Part shown: in pieces, positions 10,223 through 20,854 of the stretch
Layout: each line of letters begins with the position of its first letter
Position numbering within the stretch: position 1 is the stretch's first letter
Assembly (NCBI GenBank): GCA_965263355.1
Contig: CBDHHL010000032.1
Location: forward strand, 224,001 to 288,000
Source: Leptolyngbyaceae cyanobacterium
Lineage (GTDB): Bacteria > Cyanobacteriota > Cyanobacteriia > Phormidesmidales > Phormidesmidaceae
Length of the DNA stretch: 64,000 nucleotides
Direction: 5' to 3'
Notes under the pieces: model-generated
The model's database searches: none
The model's input: only the letters and a program-made list of their open reading frames with translations
Told to the model about the DNA's origin: nothing
Program-made: the position numbers and the translations under genes

Positions 10223-10795
10223 CTAGTTAATGTTCAAAACAAACCCAGGTAAAACATCTTCTCCTGAAACCGTAGCCGGACATGTTATGACCTCTACTGC
10301 TTGCCCTGGCCGATAAATCTCAACGGCCTTTCCTTGGGGATTAATCAACCAGCCAAGGCGTAAACCACTATCAAGGTATTCCTGCATTTTTTCCTGCAGT
10401 GGTTTTAACCGATCGCTTTCAGAGCGCAGTTCAAGAACAAAATCAGGACAGATCGGGGGAAATTTTGTTTGTTGCTCTGGAGTTAACGCATTCCACCGCT
10501 CTCGCTGCACCCAGGCCGCATCCGGAGACCGATCTCCCCCATTGGGCAGATTGAAAACCGTTGAGGAACTAAACACCTCTCCCAAACCACTTTGGCGATT
10601 CCAGATTCCCAAATCGATAATGTAGTTTGCTTCCTGTCTACCACTTTCACCACCGACTGGGGGCATGATAATTAACTTTCCTCCTGAACTCCGTTCCATG
10701 GCAATGTCTCTGTTTGCCATGCATAGTTTGTAGAACTGCTCATGGGTCAGCTCCTCGACTAAGGGATCTAAATTGAGATTGATGGCAGTCATCAC
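10223..10795 (-). CDS. Uma2-family endonuclease
   Basis: SPDAAWV...CPDFVLELRS...KMQEY...GLRLGWLINP...GEDVLPGF. Confidence 0.95.
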   Translation of the reverse strand: MMTAINLNLDPLVEELTHEQFYKLCMANRDIAMERSSGGKLIIMPPVGGESGRQEANYIIDLGIWNRQSGLGEVFSSSTVFNLPNGGDRSPDAAWVQRERWNALTPEQQTKFPPICPDFVLELRSESDRLKPLQEKMQEYLDSGLRLGWLINPQGKAVEIYRPGQAVEVITCPATVSGEDVLPGFVLNIN

Positions 10796-10909
10796 AGGTG
10801 AGCCGATCTATCTTTAACGCTTCTATTTTAAGCGGTCTAGCTTTTGGCAGTATAAATTTTTTGCATTTCAAGGACTCGCGGGTAAATAAATCCCACCGAT
10901 GTCCTGCTT

Positions 10910-11977
10910 TTATTGAAAGCCTTGGCCCCGAGTCGCAGGTTTCCAAATCAGGATTTCTCCCTGGTCACCGCCTGCAGCTAAATAGGTGCCCTGAGGATGC
11001 CATGCTATGGCTGAAAACCCGGATTCGACGCCTTTCAGGGTTTGTTGTAAAGATTTAGCATTTTTCCATAGACAGAGCTGACCGTCTTGGGCCGCTGAAG
11101 CCAGTAGACGAGTGGTGGGATGAAATGCGATCGCAACCACCGTTCCCCCATGGGTTGCCAACACACGATTTTCCCAATCCTGGCCCTGTCGCTGCCACAC
11201 CGTCACCCCATCCAGACAGGCCGCTGCCACCATCGACGGCTGATTGGCCACAGGCACAGCCCAGGCCACCTGTCGCACTTTCCCCGGAAACCCTTGCATC
11301 AGCCAGGGAGGCGGATTTCCCCAGGACACTACCGTCAGTGTGCGATCCAGATTGCCAGATGCCAAATAGCGACCATCCAACGACCAGGCCACCGCCATAC
11401 TAGCCCCCGGCACCTCCACAAACTCAGGCTCAGCTATCCAGTCAGCGCTTTGCCACACCTTTATCCCCGTATGACCGCTAGCAGCCAGCAATGTACCGTC
11501 AGGATGCCACGCTAGAGCTAATACAGAGGACTCTTTGAAATCCAAACCGGTAAGGGTTTTTGAACTCCCACAGTCCCACACCTGAAGGTGATTCCCCGCC
11601 CCAAAGGCCAACCAAGAAATCCCTGGATGCCATGCCAGTTGATCAATCCAACGGTGAGGATTTGGCAAAACAGTTGGTGGCTGGTCTAAAGAAGACGTTT
11701 GCCAGATAAATACATCTCCCCGTTGGCCTGCTGCCGCCAAGTATTGACCATTGGCAGAAAACCCTAAGCAATCAATGGCACTGTCCGATTGAGCAGGCAG
11801 TAAGGAAATCAGGGTTGTCTCTGTCCAAATAACAACTTCGCCGCTAGCGGAAGCAACCGCCAAAGAATCTCCCTTAGGAGACCAGGCTAAAGCAGTTACA
11901 TAGTCACCCAGTTGCCCCCGCCAATGTATCTTAAAGGCATCTGCACGAGAGCGATTTTTACGTGTCTTTGCCGTCAT
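10910..11977 (-). CDS. WD40-repeat protein
   Basis: Repeated LAWSP/LAWHP...LAASG...IKVW blades; start overlaps the stop of the upstream GTPase gene (ATGA). Confidence 0.9.
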   Translation of the reverse strand: MTAKTRKNRSRADAFKIHWRGQLGDYVTALAWSPKGDSLAVASASGEVVIWTETTLISLLPAQSDSAIDCLGFSANGQYLAAAGQRGDVFIWQTSSLDQPPTVLPNPHRWIDQLAWHPGISWLAFGAGNHLQVWDCGSSKTLTGLDFKESSVLALAWHPDGTLLAASGHTGIKVWQSADWIAEPEFVEVPGASMAVAWSLDGRYLASGNLDRTLTVVSWGNPPPWLMQGFPGKVRQVAWAVPVANQPSMVAAACLDGVTVWQRQGQDWENRVLATHGGTVVAIAFHPTTRLLASAAQDGQLCLWKNAKSLQQTLKGVESGFSAIAWHPQGTYLAAGGDQGEILIWKPATRGQGFQ

Positions 11978-12951
11978 ACCAAGCAAGCCCGAAAGCCGTC
12001 CCTTAGCTCAGCCTCATTTAGATTACGACCAATAAATACCAGCTCACTCTTACGGGTTTCCGATGGTTTCCAGGGACGCTCAACCTTGCCATCAAAAATC
12101 ATATGCACCCCTTGAAAGACAAATCGATTGTCTTCCCCTTCAATATTGAGAATCCCCTTCATCCGAAAAATATCCGGACCTTTAGTCTGCAATAGTTCCG
12201 ACATCCAGGCATTGAGTTTCTCTTTGTCTAATGTGCCATTCTCCACAAAAGCTAAAGAATAAACCGACTCATCGTGTTCGTGGGCATCTTCATTCAAAAA
12301 TTCAGGGTCTATCTCCAGTGCCCGGTCCAAATCAAACGCCCGCACACCCAAAATAGACTCCATCTGCAGTTCTGAGTTCTGAGTGCGATAGATTTTCACC
12401 AGAGCATTCATGTCGCGAATTTTGCTCTCCAGGGTATCCAGCTCCTCTGGAGTGACCAGATCCACCTTGTTTAATAAAATCACATCAGCAAAAGCAATCT
12501 GTTCCTGGGCTTCATCACTATCCCAATGCTGGTGAATATGCTTTGCATCCACTACAGTGACTACTGCATCTAACAACAGCTGAGACTGAATATCCTCATC
12601 CACAAAAAACGTCTGAATCACAGGGGCTGGATCCGCCAGACCCGTGGTTTCAATCACCAGGTGATCAAATTTGTCCCGTCGCCGCATCAGATTACCGATA
12701 ATGCGAATCAAATCCCCCCGCACGGTGCAACAGATGCAGCCATTATTCATCTCGAAGATTTCTTCATCAGCGTCGATCACCAGCTGATTATCAATCCCCA
12801 CCTCACCAAACTCATTCACAATCACAGCAACTTTCATGCCATGCTCATGGGTGAGAATATTATTGAGCAATGTGGTCTTCCCAGCCCCTAAATATCCTGT
12901 AAGTACCGTAACAGGAACAGTTTTTAACGCTTCGGGAGCCGCAGTGACCAT
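11974..12951 (-). CDS. CobW/COG0523 G3E GTPase (metallochaperone)
   Basis: GYLGAGKTT, NEFGE, GCICC, ETTGLADP, NKVD motifs and a CobW C-terminal domain (RMKG...FQGVH). Confidence 0.95.
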   Translation of the reverse strand: MVTAAPEALKTVPVTVLTGYLGAGKTTLLNNILTHEHGMKVAVIVNEFGEVGIDNQLVIDADEEIFEMNNGCICCTVRGDLIRIIGNLMRRRDKFDHLVIETTGLADPAPVIQTFFVDEDIQSQLLLDAVVTVVDAKHIHQHWDSDEAQEQIAFADVILLNKVDLVTPEELDTLESKIRDMNALVKIYRTQNSELQMESILGVRAFDLDRALEIDPEFLNEDAHEHDESVYSLAFVENGTLDKEKLNAWMSELLQTKGPDIFRMKGILNIEGEDNRFVFQGVHMIFDGKVERPWKPSETRKSELVFIGRNLNEAELRDGFRACLV

Positions 12952-13103
12952 AGGGCAATTATCCTTAAAATGCATTGCCTATGATTATGGGAATCGAACT
13001 AGATCAGAAATGTTCACAGCAAACAAAATGATCTATCTATTTGTAAAGTTTGGTACAAAACAGCGATGGTGTACCTCAACGTATCCTGTTAAAAATGCAG
13101 TAA

Positions 13104-13973
13104 CTACGCCAGGGTGCTACACCCCTTAGGATTTTTGGATATCAGTGTTTTTATTTTGCTCTGCTCCGGCTGCTCCGGATGTTCCAATGCATACAGATAA
13201 GCACTAGAAACACTGTGATTATCCACAACCGAGCTGTACTGTGCCGTAAAACCTACCGGTACACCCACATGCTTATAAATTGGCCAAGGTAAACTGCTAG
13301 ATGTTGCCGATAAAGGAACGTTGGGAACAACATCGCAGGTATTGACAACTCGATAGGTCAAAACTCCGTTGGCATTATAGGCAGTGGCAAACTCTAGATC
13401 CCCTGTGCGCGGACTAGCCAGGTTATAGTGAATCACCGGCAGACTGGCTTTGTATTCAGTATTAGTAATAATATCTGGCACCGCCAGGGTCGATAGAGAT
13501 GAACCCAGGCTGTGGCCAGTAACGTAGAGTTTCTTAGGATGAGAAATCTTCTCTAGGCACTGATGGATCGCCTGACTCATGGTCTCATAAATCAGAAAGA
13601 ATCCGCAGTGAACCTGTCCATAGCCGGGGGCTAGACTATAGTCTGTCTGCCCCAATTTCAGGTTCTCGCTCCAATCAGAATGAGACTCTGTTCCCCGAAA
13701 TACTAGATAGACTGTGCCATCTTCGGCAGTGGCGACAAAAGCAAAGGGCTCTGCTATTTCAAAAATATCGAAGAACTTTTTATCCTCCCCCCAAATGGGC
13801 TTGCTGTAGGTCAGTTTTGGGCCATGAGGTATCCAGGTAAATTGCTGCTCAGGAGGCTTACCCTGCTTAACCCATTGGCTATACATGTCATAGGCCGTAA
13901 CCACTAACCGATTGAGAAAAATCGCGTCTTGGAGTTCAAAATTAACAGGGAAATACAATGGAGAACCGCTCAT
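13104..13973 (-). CDS. Lipase class 3 family protein
   Basis: LVFRGT, VHCGF, GHSLG nucleophile motif, DVVPNVP. Confidence 0.9.
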   Translation of the reverse strand: MSGSPLYFPVNFELQDAIFLNRLVVTAYDMYSQWVKQGKPPEQQFTWIPHGPKLTYSKPIWGEDKKFFDIFEIAEPFAFVATAEDGTVYLVFRGTESHSDWSENLKLGQTDYSLAPGYGQVHCGFFLIYETMSQAIHQCLEKISHPKKLYVTGHSLGSSLSTLAVPDIITNTEYKASLPVIHYNLASPRTGDLEFATAYNANGVLTYRVVNTCDVVPNVPLSATSSSLPWPIYKHVGVPVGFTAQYSSVVDNHSVSSAYLYALEHPEQPEQSKIKTLISKNPKGCSTLA

Positions 13974-14043
13974 AAACGGTTCCTGAAATGAGACAAATCT
14001 ATATTTCCCTTTAGAACCCCTACCATATCGAATAGCCCCATAG

Positions 14044-15333
14044 TTACGAACCCAATGCTACCTCATTCACGTGATGCCCAAACTGTCGCGGCAGCACCCG
14101 GTTCTTCAAGGCAATACAGTCAGCTAAGTATTGGGCATCGCGGGCAATCCCTGAGAATCGTCCTGACCCCCAGGTATAGAGCCAGGGCAACCCTAAGAAA
14201 TACAGCCCTTGTATGGGTGTCACCCCACGTTCATGACCAGGATAGCCTTTACCATCAAAAACAGGAATATCTATCCAGCTAAAGTCTGTGTGGTAACCCG
14301 TAGACCAAATCACTGTCGAAATATTGGAGGTTTGCAAATTTAACGACAAAAACTTTGTTTCAGGTATCCACATTGCCTGATATGGGGCTTCAGCCGGAGC
14401 ATCGAGTTGATGGTTATCAATATAGTCATCAATAGTGCGCTTGATGCTCTCAGCGACAGCATCAGCCTGATCCAGATTGTGCTTGAGGTCATCTTTAAAT
14501 TGAAGCTGGTCTGTAGTAATGTCTTTCAGTCTGCCATAAAGACACATTCCTTCCAGAGCAAACCGTCGTAGATCAATCTCTCGACCACCGTCTCGCCCGG
14601 TCACGTAGTGATTTGTCTTTGTGCGAACCGATTCTTTTTGTGGATGATCATTGATGGACATGTCGTAGTAGCCCATTTGATCCAACCAGTCCACCACATC
14701 CTTACCCCGATAGGTACGGGGCGCACGGGGCGCACCACCCACACACAGGTGCACCTGTTTTCCTGCCAGGTGTAAGTCCTCTGCAATCTGACATCCGGAC
14801 TGGCCGGTGCCAACTATCAACACGGCACCATCGGGTAAAGAGTCTGGATTTTTATACTCTGATGAATGCAGCTGGGTAATATCTGTTGGCATTCGTTCTG
14901 CCATTCTAGGAATTTTGGGCGTATGGTAACCGCCAGTCGCCACCACCACCTGATCTGCAATATAGTGACCAATGGATGTCTCAATATCAAAGACATTCTC
15001 AGGCTTGCTTACTTTTGAAACCGTTACGCCTTCTTTAATCAAAGGTTTAAAGGAGTCAGCATAGTCTTCGATGTATTGAACAATTTCGTCTCGCTGCATA
15101 AACCCATTGGGGGCATCACCAGCATAGGGATAGCCCGGCAACATACACTGCCAGTTGGGCGTTACCAGGCAAAATGCATCCCACCGCTTTGAGCGCCAGG
15201 AATGGGCAACCCTATTTTTCTCAAAAATGATGTGATCAATACCGCGCTGCTTCAAGCAATAGCTGATGGACAATCCTGCTTGACCACCACCAACAATCGC
15301 AACGGGAAAATGTGAACTGGTTAATGCACGCAT
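14044..15333 (-). CDS. nitH: Nit1C flavin-dependent oxidoreductase (MSMEG_0569 family)
   Basis: GGGQAG and GTGQSG dinucleotide motifs, RWDAFCLVTPNWQC, LGLPWLYTWGSGRFSG; divergent from nitB. Confidence 0.9.
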   Translation of the reverse strand: MRALTSSHFPVAIVGGGQAGLSISYCLKQRGIDHIIFEKNRVAHSWRSKRWDAFCLVTPNWQCMLPGYPYAGDAPNGFMQRDEIVQYIEDYADSFKPLIKEGVTVSKVSKPENVFDIETSIGHYIADQVVVATGGYHTPKIPRMAERMPTDITQLHSSEYKNPDSLPDGAVLIVGTGQSGCQIAEDLHLAGKQVHLCVGGAPRAPRTYRGKDVVDWLDQMGYYDMSINDHPQKESVRTKTNHYVTGRDGGREIDLRRFALEGMCLYGRLKDITTDQLQFKDDLKHNLDQADAVAESIKRTIDDYIDNHQLDAPAEAPYQAMWIPETKFLSLNLQTSNISTVIWSTGYHTDFSWIDIPVFDGKGYPGHERGVTPIQGLYFLGLPWLYTWGSGRFSGIARDAQYLADCIALKNRVLPRQFGHHVNEVALGS

Positions 15334-15684
15334 CGACTCGACCCCTGATAACAATGGGTTATAGTTCAACCATAAAAAGTAGAACCAGAACAACCTGTAG
15401 CGAGGGTTACCAAAAATCCACATCTCGGCTTAAAGGCAGGGTATAGCCAGAGGCAACTATCAATAACGTCAGGGCATTCTGCCTCTGCAAATTAAAACCT
15501 GCACTTTTTGACAGGGGTCGATTCTATAAAGTTCAAAATTTATTAGGCTCAACTCTATAGATTTATAGGTATTGCCGTTAGATCCAAGGGCATTGCATGC
15601 AATGCTCCTACGAAACATCACTAAATTCTCTGTCGCAAACATTAAACTGTTTTGGCTGTCTCATTTGTCAGGATTGCCCATTCT

Positions 15685-15726
15685 GTAACAACAGATACGA
15701 GAATTCGGACAAAGACCCTCTAAGCT
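15685..15726 (+). promoter_or_regulatory. NtcA-activated promoter
   Basis: GTA-ACAACAGA-TAC (15685-15698), then 22 nt, then TAAGCT (15721-15726); matches the canonical GTAN8TAC-N22-TAN3T. Confidence 0.9.
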
Positions 15727-15759
15727 GCTGACACATTCACATTGGGAGTGACACAGAGA

Positions 15760-16242
15760 ATGCCTGCAGTAACTGCGACCGCCCATAAGGCTGGCGATTT
15801 TTTTGTTGATTACGAAGAGAAAGTTTTCCCAGATGTTCAAGCGGAACCAGGTGAGAAGGCGCTTGTTGCTTTCCATACGGTTGCCTTTGAGGGGTCCATT
15901 GGTTTGGTTAATTTGTTACAGGCTACTCGACTGATCCGTAAGGGGTTTGAGACGTCAGTCCTGCTTTATGGTCCTGGGGTTACCCTGGGGGTACAGCGTG
16001 GTTTTCCTAAGATTGGTGATGAGGCTTTCCCTGGGCATTTGGCCATGAATAACCAGCTGGTGAAGGTGATGGAAGAGGGGGGTAAGGTCTATGCTTGCCG
16101 GTTTGCTCTCCAGGCGCTTTATGGTCATGGGGAACCCTCTCTAATTCCTGGAATTACACCGATTAATCCCTTGGATGTATTGGATATTGTTCTGCTACAC
16201 CGTAAAGAAGGGGCATTCGTTCTTGATACTTGGACAATGTAG
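15760..16242 (+). CDS. nitB: Nit1C MSMEG_0572/Sll0783-family nitrogen-starvation protein (DsrE-like)
   Basis: MPAV...[36 protein letters not shown]...[13 protein letters not shown]. Confidence 0.92.
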   Translation: MPAVTATAHKAGDFFVDYEEKVFPDVQAEPGEKALVAFHTVAFEGSIGLVNLLQATRLIRKGFETSVLLYGPGVTLGVQRGFPKIGDEAFPGHLAMNNQLVKVMEEGGKVYACRFALQALYGHGEPSLIPGITPINPLDVLDIVLLHRKEGAFVLDTWTM

Positions 16243-16290
16243 GGATTGAGTGATTTTTTAGCACAACTTTGAAACCATAGGGGGGAGAAA

Positions 16291-17310
16291 GTGGCGATGG
16301 ACTATTCTCGCACCGTAAGGGCAGCTGCAGTACAGATTTCGCCTGTGCTTTATAGCTGTGACGGTACGTTGGAGAAAGTTTTAAAGGCGATTGATGATGC
16401 AGCTAAAGAGGGTGCAGAGTTAATTGTCTTTCCAGAAACCTTTGTCCCCTACTATCCTTATTTTTCGTTTGTATTACCACCTGTACTCATGGGCAAAGAG
16501 CATATGAAGCTCTATGAGCAGGCGGTTGAGGTGCCAGGTCCGGTTACAGAGGCTGTGAGCCGTGCTGCTAGCCGTTACCAAATGGTTGTAGTTTTGGGGG
16601 TAAATGAGCGAGATAAGGGCTCTCTCTATAACACTCAACTAGTTTTTGATGCGGATGGCACTTGTTTGCTAAAGCGGCGTAAGATTACGCCTACCTACCA
16701 TGAACGCATGGTATGGGGGCAGGGTGATGGTTCTGGACTGCGGGTGTGTGATACGGCAGTTGGTCGAGTAGGCTCTCTAGCTTGCTGGGAACATTACAAT
16801 CCGTTGGCTCGCTATAGCTTGATGGCAGAGCATGAACAGATTCACTGTGCCCAGTTTCCTGGGTCTATGGTGGGGGACATTTTTGCTGACCAGACTGAGG
16901 TGACTTTGCGGCACCATGCACTGGAGTCGGGTTGTTTTGTGGTGAATGCTACGGGCTGGTTAACGGCTGAACAGGTGAGTGAGATTGCGCCTAGTGAGGG
17001 ATTGGAAAAGGTCCTGCGGGGTGGGTGCTACACGGCCATTATTAGTCCAGAGGGGGTACCGCTGTGTGAGCCGATTCGGGAAGGGGAGGGAATTGCGATC
17101 GCACCCCTAGACTTCTCTCTTATCACTAAGCGTAAGCGCATGATGGATTCCGTTGGCCATTACTCTCGGCCTGATTTGCTGCAGCTTGCGGTCAATAAAT
17201 CTGCGTATTCTGTTGTATCTTGTGAAATGACGACATCGGTTGAAGAGGATGAACCGTACCCACCCTACGAATGTGCGACATCCCCTAATCCCGAGGCTTT
17301 GCCCGAATAA
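16291..17310 (+). CDS. nitC: Nit6803-family nitrilase
   Basis: Catalytic E-K-C in FPET / [11 protein letters not shown] / [17 protein letters not shown]. Confidence 0.95.
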   Translation: MAMDYSRTVRAAAVQISPVLYSCDGTLEKVLKAIDDAAKEGAELIVFPETFVPYYPYFSFVLPPVLMGKEHMKLYEQAVEVPGPVTEAVSRAASRYQMVVVLGVNERDKGSLYNTQLVFDADGTCLLKRRKITPTYHERMVWGQGDGSGLRVCDTAVGRVGSLACWEHYNPLARYSLMAEHEQIHCAQFPGSMVGDIFADQTEVTLRHHALESGCFVVNATGWLTAEQVSEIAPSEGLEKVLRGGCYTAIISPEGVPLCEPIREGEGIAIAPLDFSLITKRKRMMDSVGHYSRPDLLQLAVNKSAYSVVSCEMTTSVEEDEPYPPYECATSPNPEALPE

Positions 17311-17396
17311 ACGACCTGGTTTAGGACGGTAGGCATTGCCCGCCCTACGAACCTGAATCATAATTTAATTTAGATATTTCTTTTGTTTGCCACATC

Positions 17397-18476
17397 ATGA
17401 ATGCACAGCAGGTGATTACCGAGCTTCAGACCAAGGGCCTTAACCTGGTTACCGACACTGGCGCATCAGGACGTAAGGGAGGAGCCGGTCCATCGGACCA
17501 TAAAGCAGTCACTATTGATAAAACAACGTTTATGGTTCCGGTCTATACCAACGGTGTAACTGAGTCTCCTTACAGCGTGAAACAGGAAGCAGGTCAGTCT
17601 GTTCTTACAAAAGATGATCAGGCGATCACCGAGCTAGATTTTCCAGAGAAACCAAAATTTTACGGTCTCACCACTGCTGAGGGAATTCCCTATTGGAAAA
17701 TCGCTTTGCTCCATAGTCATAACGTTCTTGCTACCACGGTTCTTCAAACCTGTATCCGCTATGAGAATCGCAAGACGGCCTGTCAGTTTTGTGCCATTGG
17801 CCAGTCATTAGAGGCAGGTCGAACCATTGCCCAGAAAACACCACAACAGCTAGCTGAAGTGGCTGAAGCCGCTGTACGTTTGGACGGGGTGGAACATATG
17901 ATTATGACCACGGGGACTCCGAATACAACGGATCGAGGGGCCGCCTATCTGACGGAATGTGCCCAGGCAATTCGGGCTCGTGTGGCTCTGCCCATGCAGG
18001 CTCAATGTGAACCTCCGAATGATTTTGTCTGGTTTGAACGGATGCGAGCAGCAGGTATTGACAGTTTAGGTATGCACCTGGAAGCTGCGGCTCCTGAGGT
18101 GCGGGCTAAGATTATGCCAGGCAAAGCTAAGGTGCCCTTATCTTACTATTTCAAAGCGTTTGAAGCGGCTACCAACGTCTTTGGTCGGGGTCAGGTGAGT
18201 ACTTACTTGTTGGCAGGCTTAGGGGATAGCAAAGAGACATTATTAGAGATCAGCAAGCGGTTGATTGACATAGGTGTTTATCCATTTGTTGTTCCTTTTG
18301 TGCCGATTGGGGGAACGCCGTTAGCAAACCATAGGCCTCCTAGTAGTGAGTTTATGGTTGACCTCTATCAGGGGATTGGTCAGATGTTGAAGCAGGCGAA
18401 TTTGTTGTCACATGATATGAAGGCAGGCTGCGCTAAGTGTGGAGCATGTTCAGCGTTGTCTTTATTTGAGAAGTAA
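17397..18476 (+). CDS. nitD: Nit1C radical SAM protein (MSMEG_0568 family)
   Basis: GGAGPSDH, Cx9Cx2C (CIRYENRKTACQFC) and C-terminal CAKCGAC. Confidence 0.92.
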   Translation: MNAQQVITELQTKGLNLVTDTGASGRKGGAGPSDHKAVTIDKTTFMVPVYTNGVTESPYSVKQEAGQSVLTKDDQAITELDFPEKPKFYGLTTAEGIPYWKIALLHSHNVLATTVLQTCIRYENRKTACQFCAIGQSLEAGRTIAQKTPQQLAEVAEAAVRLDGVEHMIMTTGTPNTTDRGAAYLTECAQAIRARVALPMQAQCEPPNDFVWFERMRAAGIDSLGMHLEAAAPEVRAKIMPGKAKVPLSYYFKAFEAATNVFGRGQVSTYLLAGLGDSKETLLEISKRLIDIGVYPFVVPFVPIGGTPLANHRPPSSEFMVDLYQGIGQMLKQANLLSHDMKAGCAKCGACSALSLFEK

Positions 18477-18478
18477 TT

Positions 18479-18991
18479 ATGAAAAAACGTACCTATAGTT
18501 TTCAACTTGCCCTATCAAAACCTAATGTCGCTGACTATTTCGAGCTGCGGCAACAGATTTTTTGTGAGGAACAAAGATTGTTCCAGGAGCATGATCGGGA
18601 TACTATTGACCATAGCTCATACCCGATTGTGGCCATTGCCCATACCCCTGATAAACCAGACCAGGTTGTTGGTGTTGTACGCATCTATGAGGACAAGCCT
18701 CGTCTCTGGTATGGCGGTCGCTTAGGGGTACATCCCGACTTCCGCAGAGTGGGTCGGATTGGCAAAGGGTTAATTCAAAAAGCAGTGACGACAGCAAATA
18801 CTTGGGGGTGCGATCGCTTCCTCGCCACCGTTCAACTGCAAAATGTTCGCTTCTTCACCCGACTCCACTGGCATAGCCTAGAAGAGATTGAAGTTTTAGG
18901 CCATCCTCACCATCTTATGGAAGCCGATTTGGAGTACTACCCTGCTACGGATCAGGTGCGTCCAGCGTTGCCGCTTAAGCAAGTGGCTTAA
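18479..18991 (+). CDS. nitE: Nit1C GNAT N-acetyltransferase (MSMEG_0567/Sll0786 family)
   Basis: LRQQIFCEEQ...VVGVVRI...WYGGRLGV...FLATVQLQNVRFF. Confidence 0.9.
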   Translation: MKKRTYSFQLALSKPNVADYFELRQQIFCEEQRLFQEHDRDTIDHSSYPIVAIAHTPDKPDQVVGVVRIYEDKPRLWYGGRLGVHPDFRRVGRIGKGLIQKAVTTANTWGCDRFLATVQLQNVRFFTRLHWHSLEEIEVLGHPHHLMEADLEYYPATDQVRPALPLKQVA

Positions 18992-19044
18992 GGGAAGACT
19001 GTAGAGTGATAGAGTCAGGGAGAAGGGGCCGGGGATGAGGGCCA

Positions 19045-20043
19045 ATGCCTACCAACGATAAAACCACTAACTCAAAGAGTCTCCCTGAGCTAATTTTTTC
19101 TCTCCAGAACTCTGTTAGCATCCTCCATAAACAAGACATTCAAACCGCTGCGAATACTATCGGTCAATACGTCTGCACTGCCAGCGGCGCACCTATCCAC
19201 TTGGGTGATGACTGCGCTGCCATCCCCGACGGCGACAGCTATCTCCTCCTCGCTGCAGAGGGTCTCTGGCCCCAATTGGTTACCCAAGATCCTTGGTTCG
19301 CCGGATGGTGTGCCATTATGGTCAACATTTCCGATATCGCTTCCATGGGGGGAACTCCCATGGCTGTCGTTGATGCATTGTGGAGTCAGTCTGTTACCGC
19401 CAGTCAGCCCCTTTGGCAAGGCATGCTGACAGCTGCGCGGGCTTACAATGTGCCCATTGTCGGTGGCCATACGAATTGCCATAGTCCCTACGATGGTCTC
19501 GCGGTAGCCATTCTAGGACGAGCCCAGCAGCTGATTACCAGCTTTGATGCCCAGCCTGGTGATGATTTAGTGATGGTTGTGAATATGGCCGGTAGCTACT
19601 ACGGGGATTATCCGTTTTGGAATTCAGCCACAGCAACTGCACCAGCCATACTACAACAACAGATAGCCCTCCTCCCTAAACTTGCCGAGAGCGGTTTATG
19701 CAAGGCAGGAAAAGACATCAGTATGGGAGGACTGGCAGGCACCCTACTCATGTTTGCCGAGGCCTCAGATGTGGGTGCTGTTTTAGATCTGGATTTAGTT
19801 CCTCGCCCAAAGGATATTCCCTGGCAGAAATGGTTGACCAGTTTTCCCAGCTTTGGTTTTTTATTCAGCGTACCCCCTGAAAAGCTGGGGCAAGTGCAAG
19901 GGTTGTTTCTGCCCCATGGGTTAGCGTGTAAAGCGGTTGGCAAAGTGACAACCGGGTCTCAAATTATTCTGCAGCAGGCGGGAAAACAAGCATTGTTTTG
20001 GGACATGACCCATGGGTTAACCGGTTTTAGGCAGCAAGGCTAG
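19045..20043 (+). CDS. nitF: Nit1C AIR synthase-like protein (Sll0787 family)
   Basis: LGDDCAAI, VNISDIASMGG, VGGHTN, KDISMGG. Confidence 0.9.
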   Translation: MPTNDKTTNSKSLPELIFSLQNSVSILHKQDIQTAANTIGQYVCTASGAPIHLGDDCAAIPDGDSYLLLAAEGLWPQLVTQDPWFAGWCAIMVNISDIASMGGTPMAVVDALWSQSVTASQPLWQGMLTAARAYNVPIVGGHTNCHSPYDGLAVAILGRAQQLITSFDAQPGDDLVMVVNMAGSYYGDYPFWNSATATAPAILQQQIALLPKLAESGLCKAGKDISMGGLAGTLLMFAEASDVGAVLDLDLVPRPKDIPWQKWLTSFPSFGFLFSVPPEKLGQVQGLFLPHGLACKAVGKVTTGSQIILQQAGKQALFWDMTHGLTGFRQQG

Positions 20044-20299
20044 CTAGAAAAAATTGAGGGGTGCGATCTCATATCCGTCCTTTTACTACCAGGTATCGAA
20101 TTACGCATAGTGCATTTTTAGTGCATTTCACTTAAATAATGATTAAACAATCAGAAAATAGATAGCTAGATATCCTGATAATTAAACAATCTACCTGTAG
20201 CTACCTGTAGGGTGTAAAACTATCTTTAATCGGTAAGATTAAGCACATCACTAGTTGGACATGCTGGCAATGGAATGCTTATCCGGAGGCTAAATCAAT

Positions 20300-20851
20300 A
20301 TGTACGGGCTAATCAATCGGGCCATTCAGGATATGGTGTGTGAACATCACAGCAGCGATGTGTGGGAAAAGATAAAAGCTAAAGCAAACATTGAAGAATC
20401 GCGATTTTTGGTGCTACATTCCTATCCCGATGATTTGACCCATCGGTTAGTAAAAGCGGCTAGCGAGGTTTTAGGCTTGACCTGTAGTGAGATTATGCAG
20501 GCCTTTGGTCGGTATTGGGTAGAGTATACTGGTAAAGCAGGCTATCAAGAATTAATGGAAATGGCCGGCGATAATCTACCGGATTTTCTGAGTAATTTAG
20601 ATGAATTACATTCTCGCGTAGGTGTACAATTCCCTGAGCTAAAACCACCTGAATTTGATTGTGAGCAACCAGATGATCAAACGATAAAGCTGCATTATCA
20701 ATCGTCTCGGGAGGGATTAGCGCCAATGGTGATTGGTTTAGTAGAAGGTTTGGGAGAACGATTTCAGCAGTCCGTCCAAGTGACTCATATCGAAGAGCGC
20801 CAGCAAGGTGCTGAAAAAGATACCTTCCAGATTAGCTATGAGCCTGATTAG
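20300..20851 (+). CDS. H-NOX (heme NO-binding) protein
   Basis: MYGLIN N-terminus, proximal His (LDELHSRV), PxF and YxSxR (HYQSSRE) motifs. Confidence 0.95.
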   Translation: MYGLINRAIQDMVCEHHSSDVWEKIKAKANIEESRFLVLHSYPDDLTHRLVKAASEVLGLTCSEIMQAFGRYWVEYTGKAGYQELMEMAGDNLPDFLSNLDELHSRVGVQFPELKPPEFDCEQPDDQTIKLHYQSSREGLAPMVIGLVEGLGERFQQSVQVTHIEERQQGAEKDTFQISYEPD

Positions 20852-20854
20852 TGT

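Noticed and set aside
12982..12996. Zur box upstream of the COG0523 gene (TGATTATGGGAATCG)
   Set aside because: About 5 mismatches to TGATAATNATTATCA, too weak to call.
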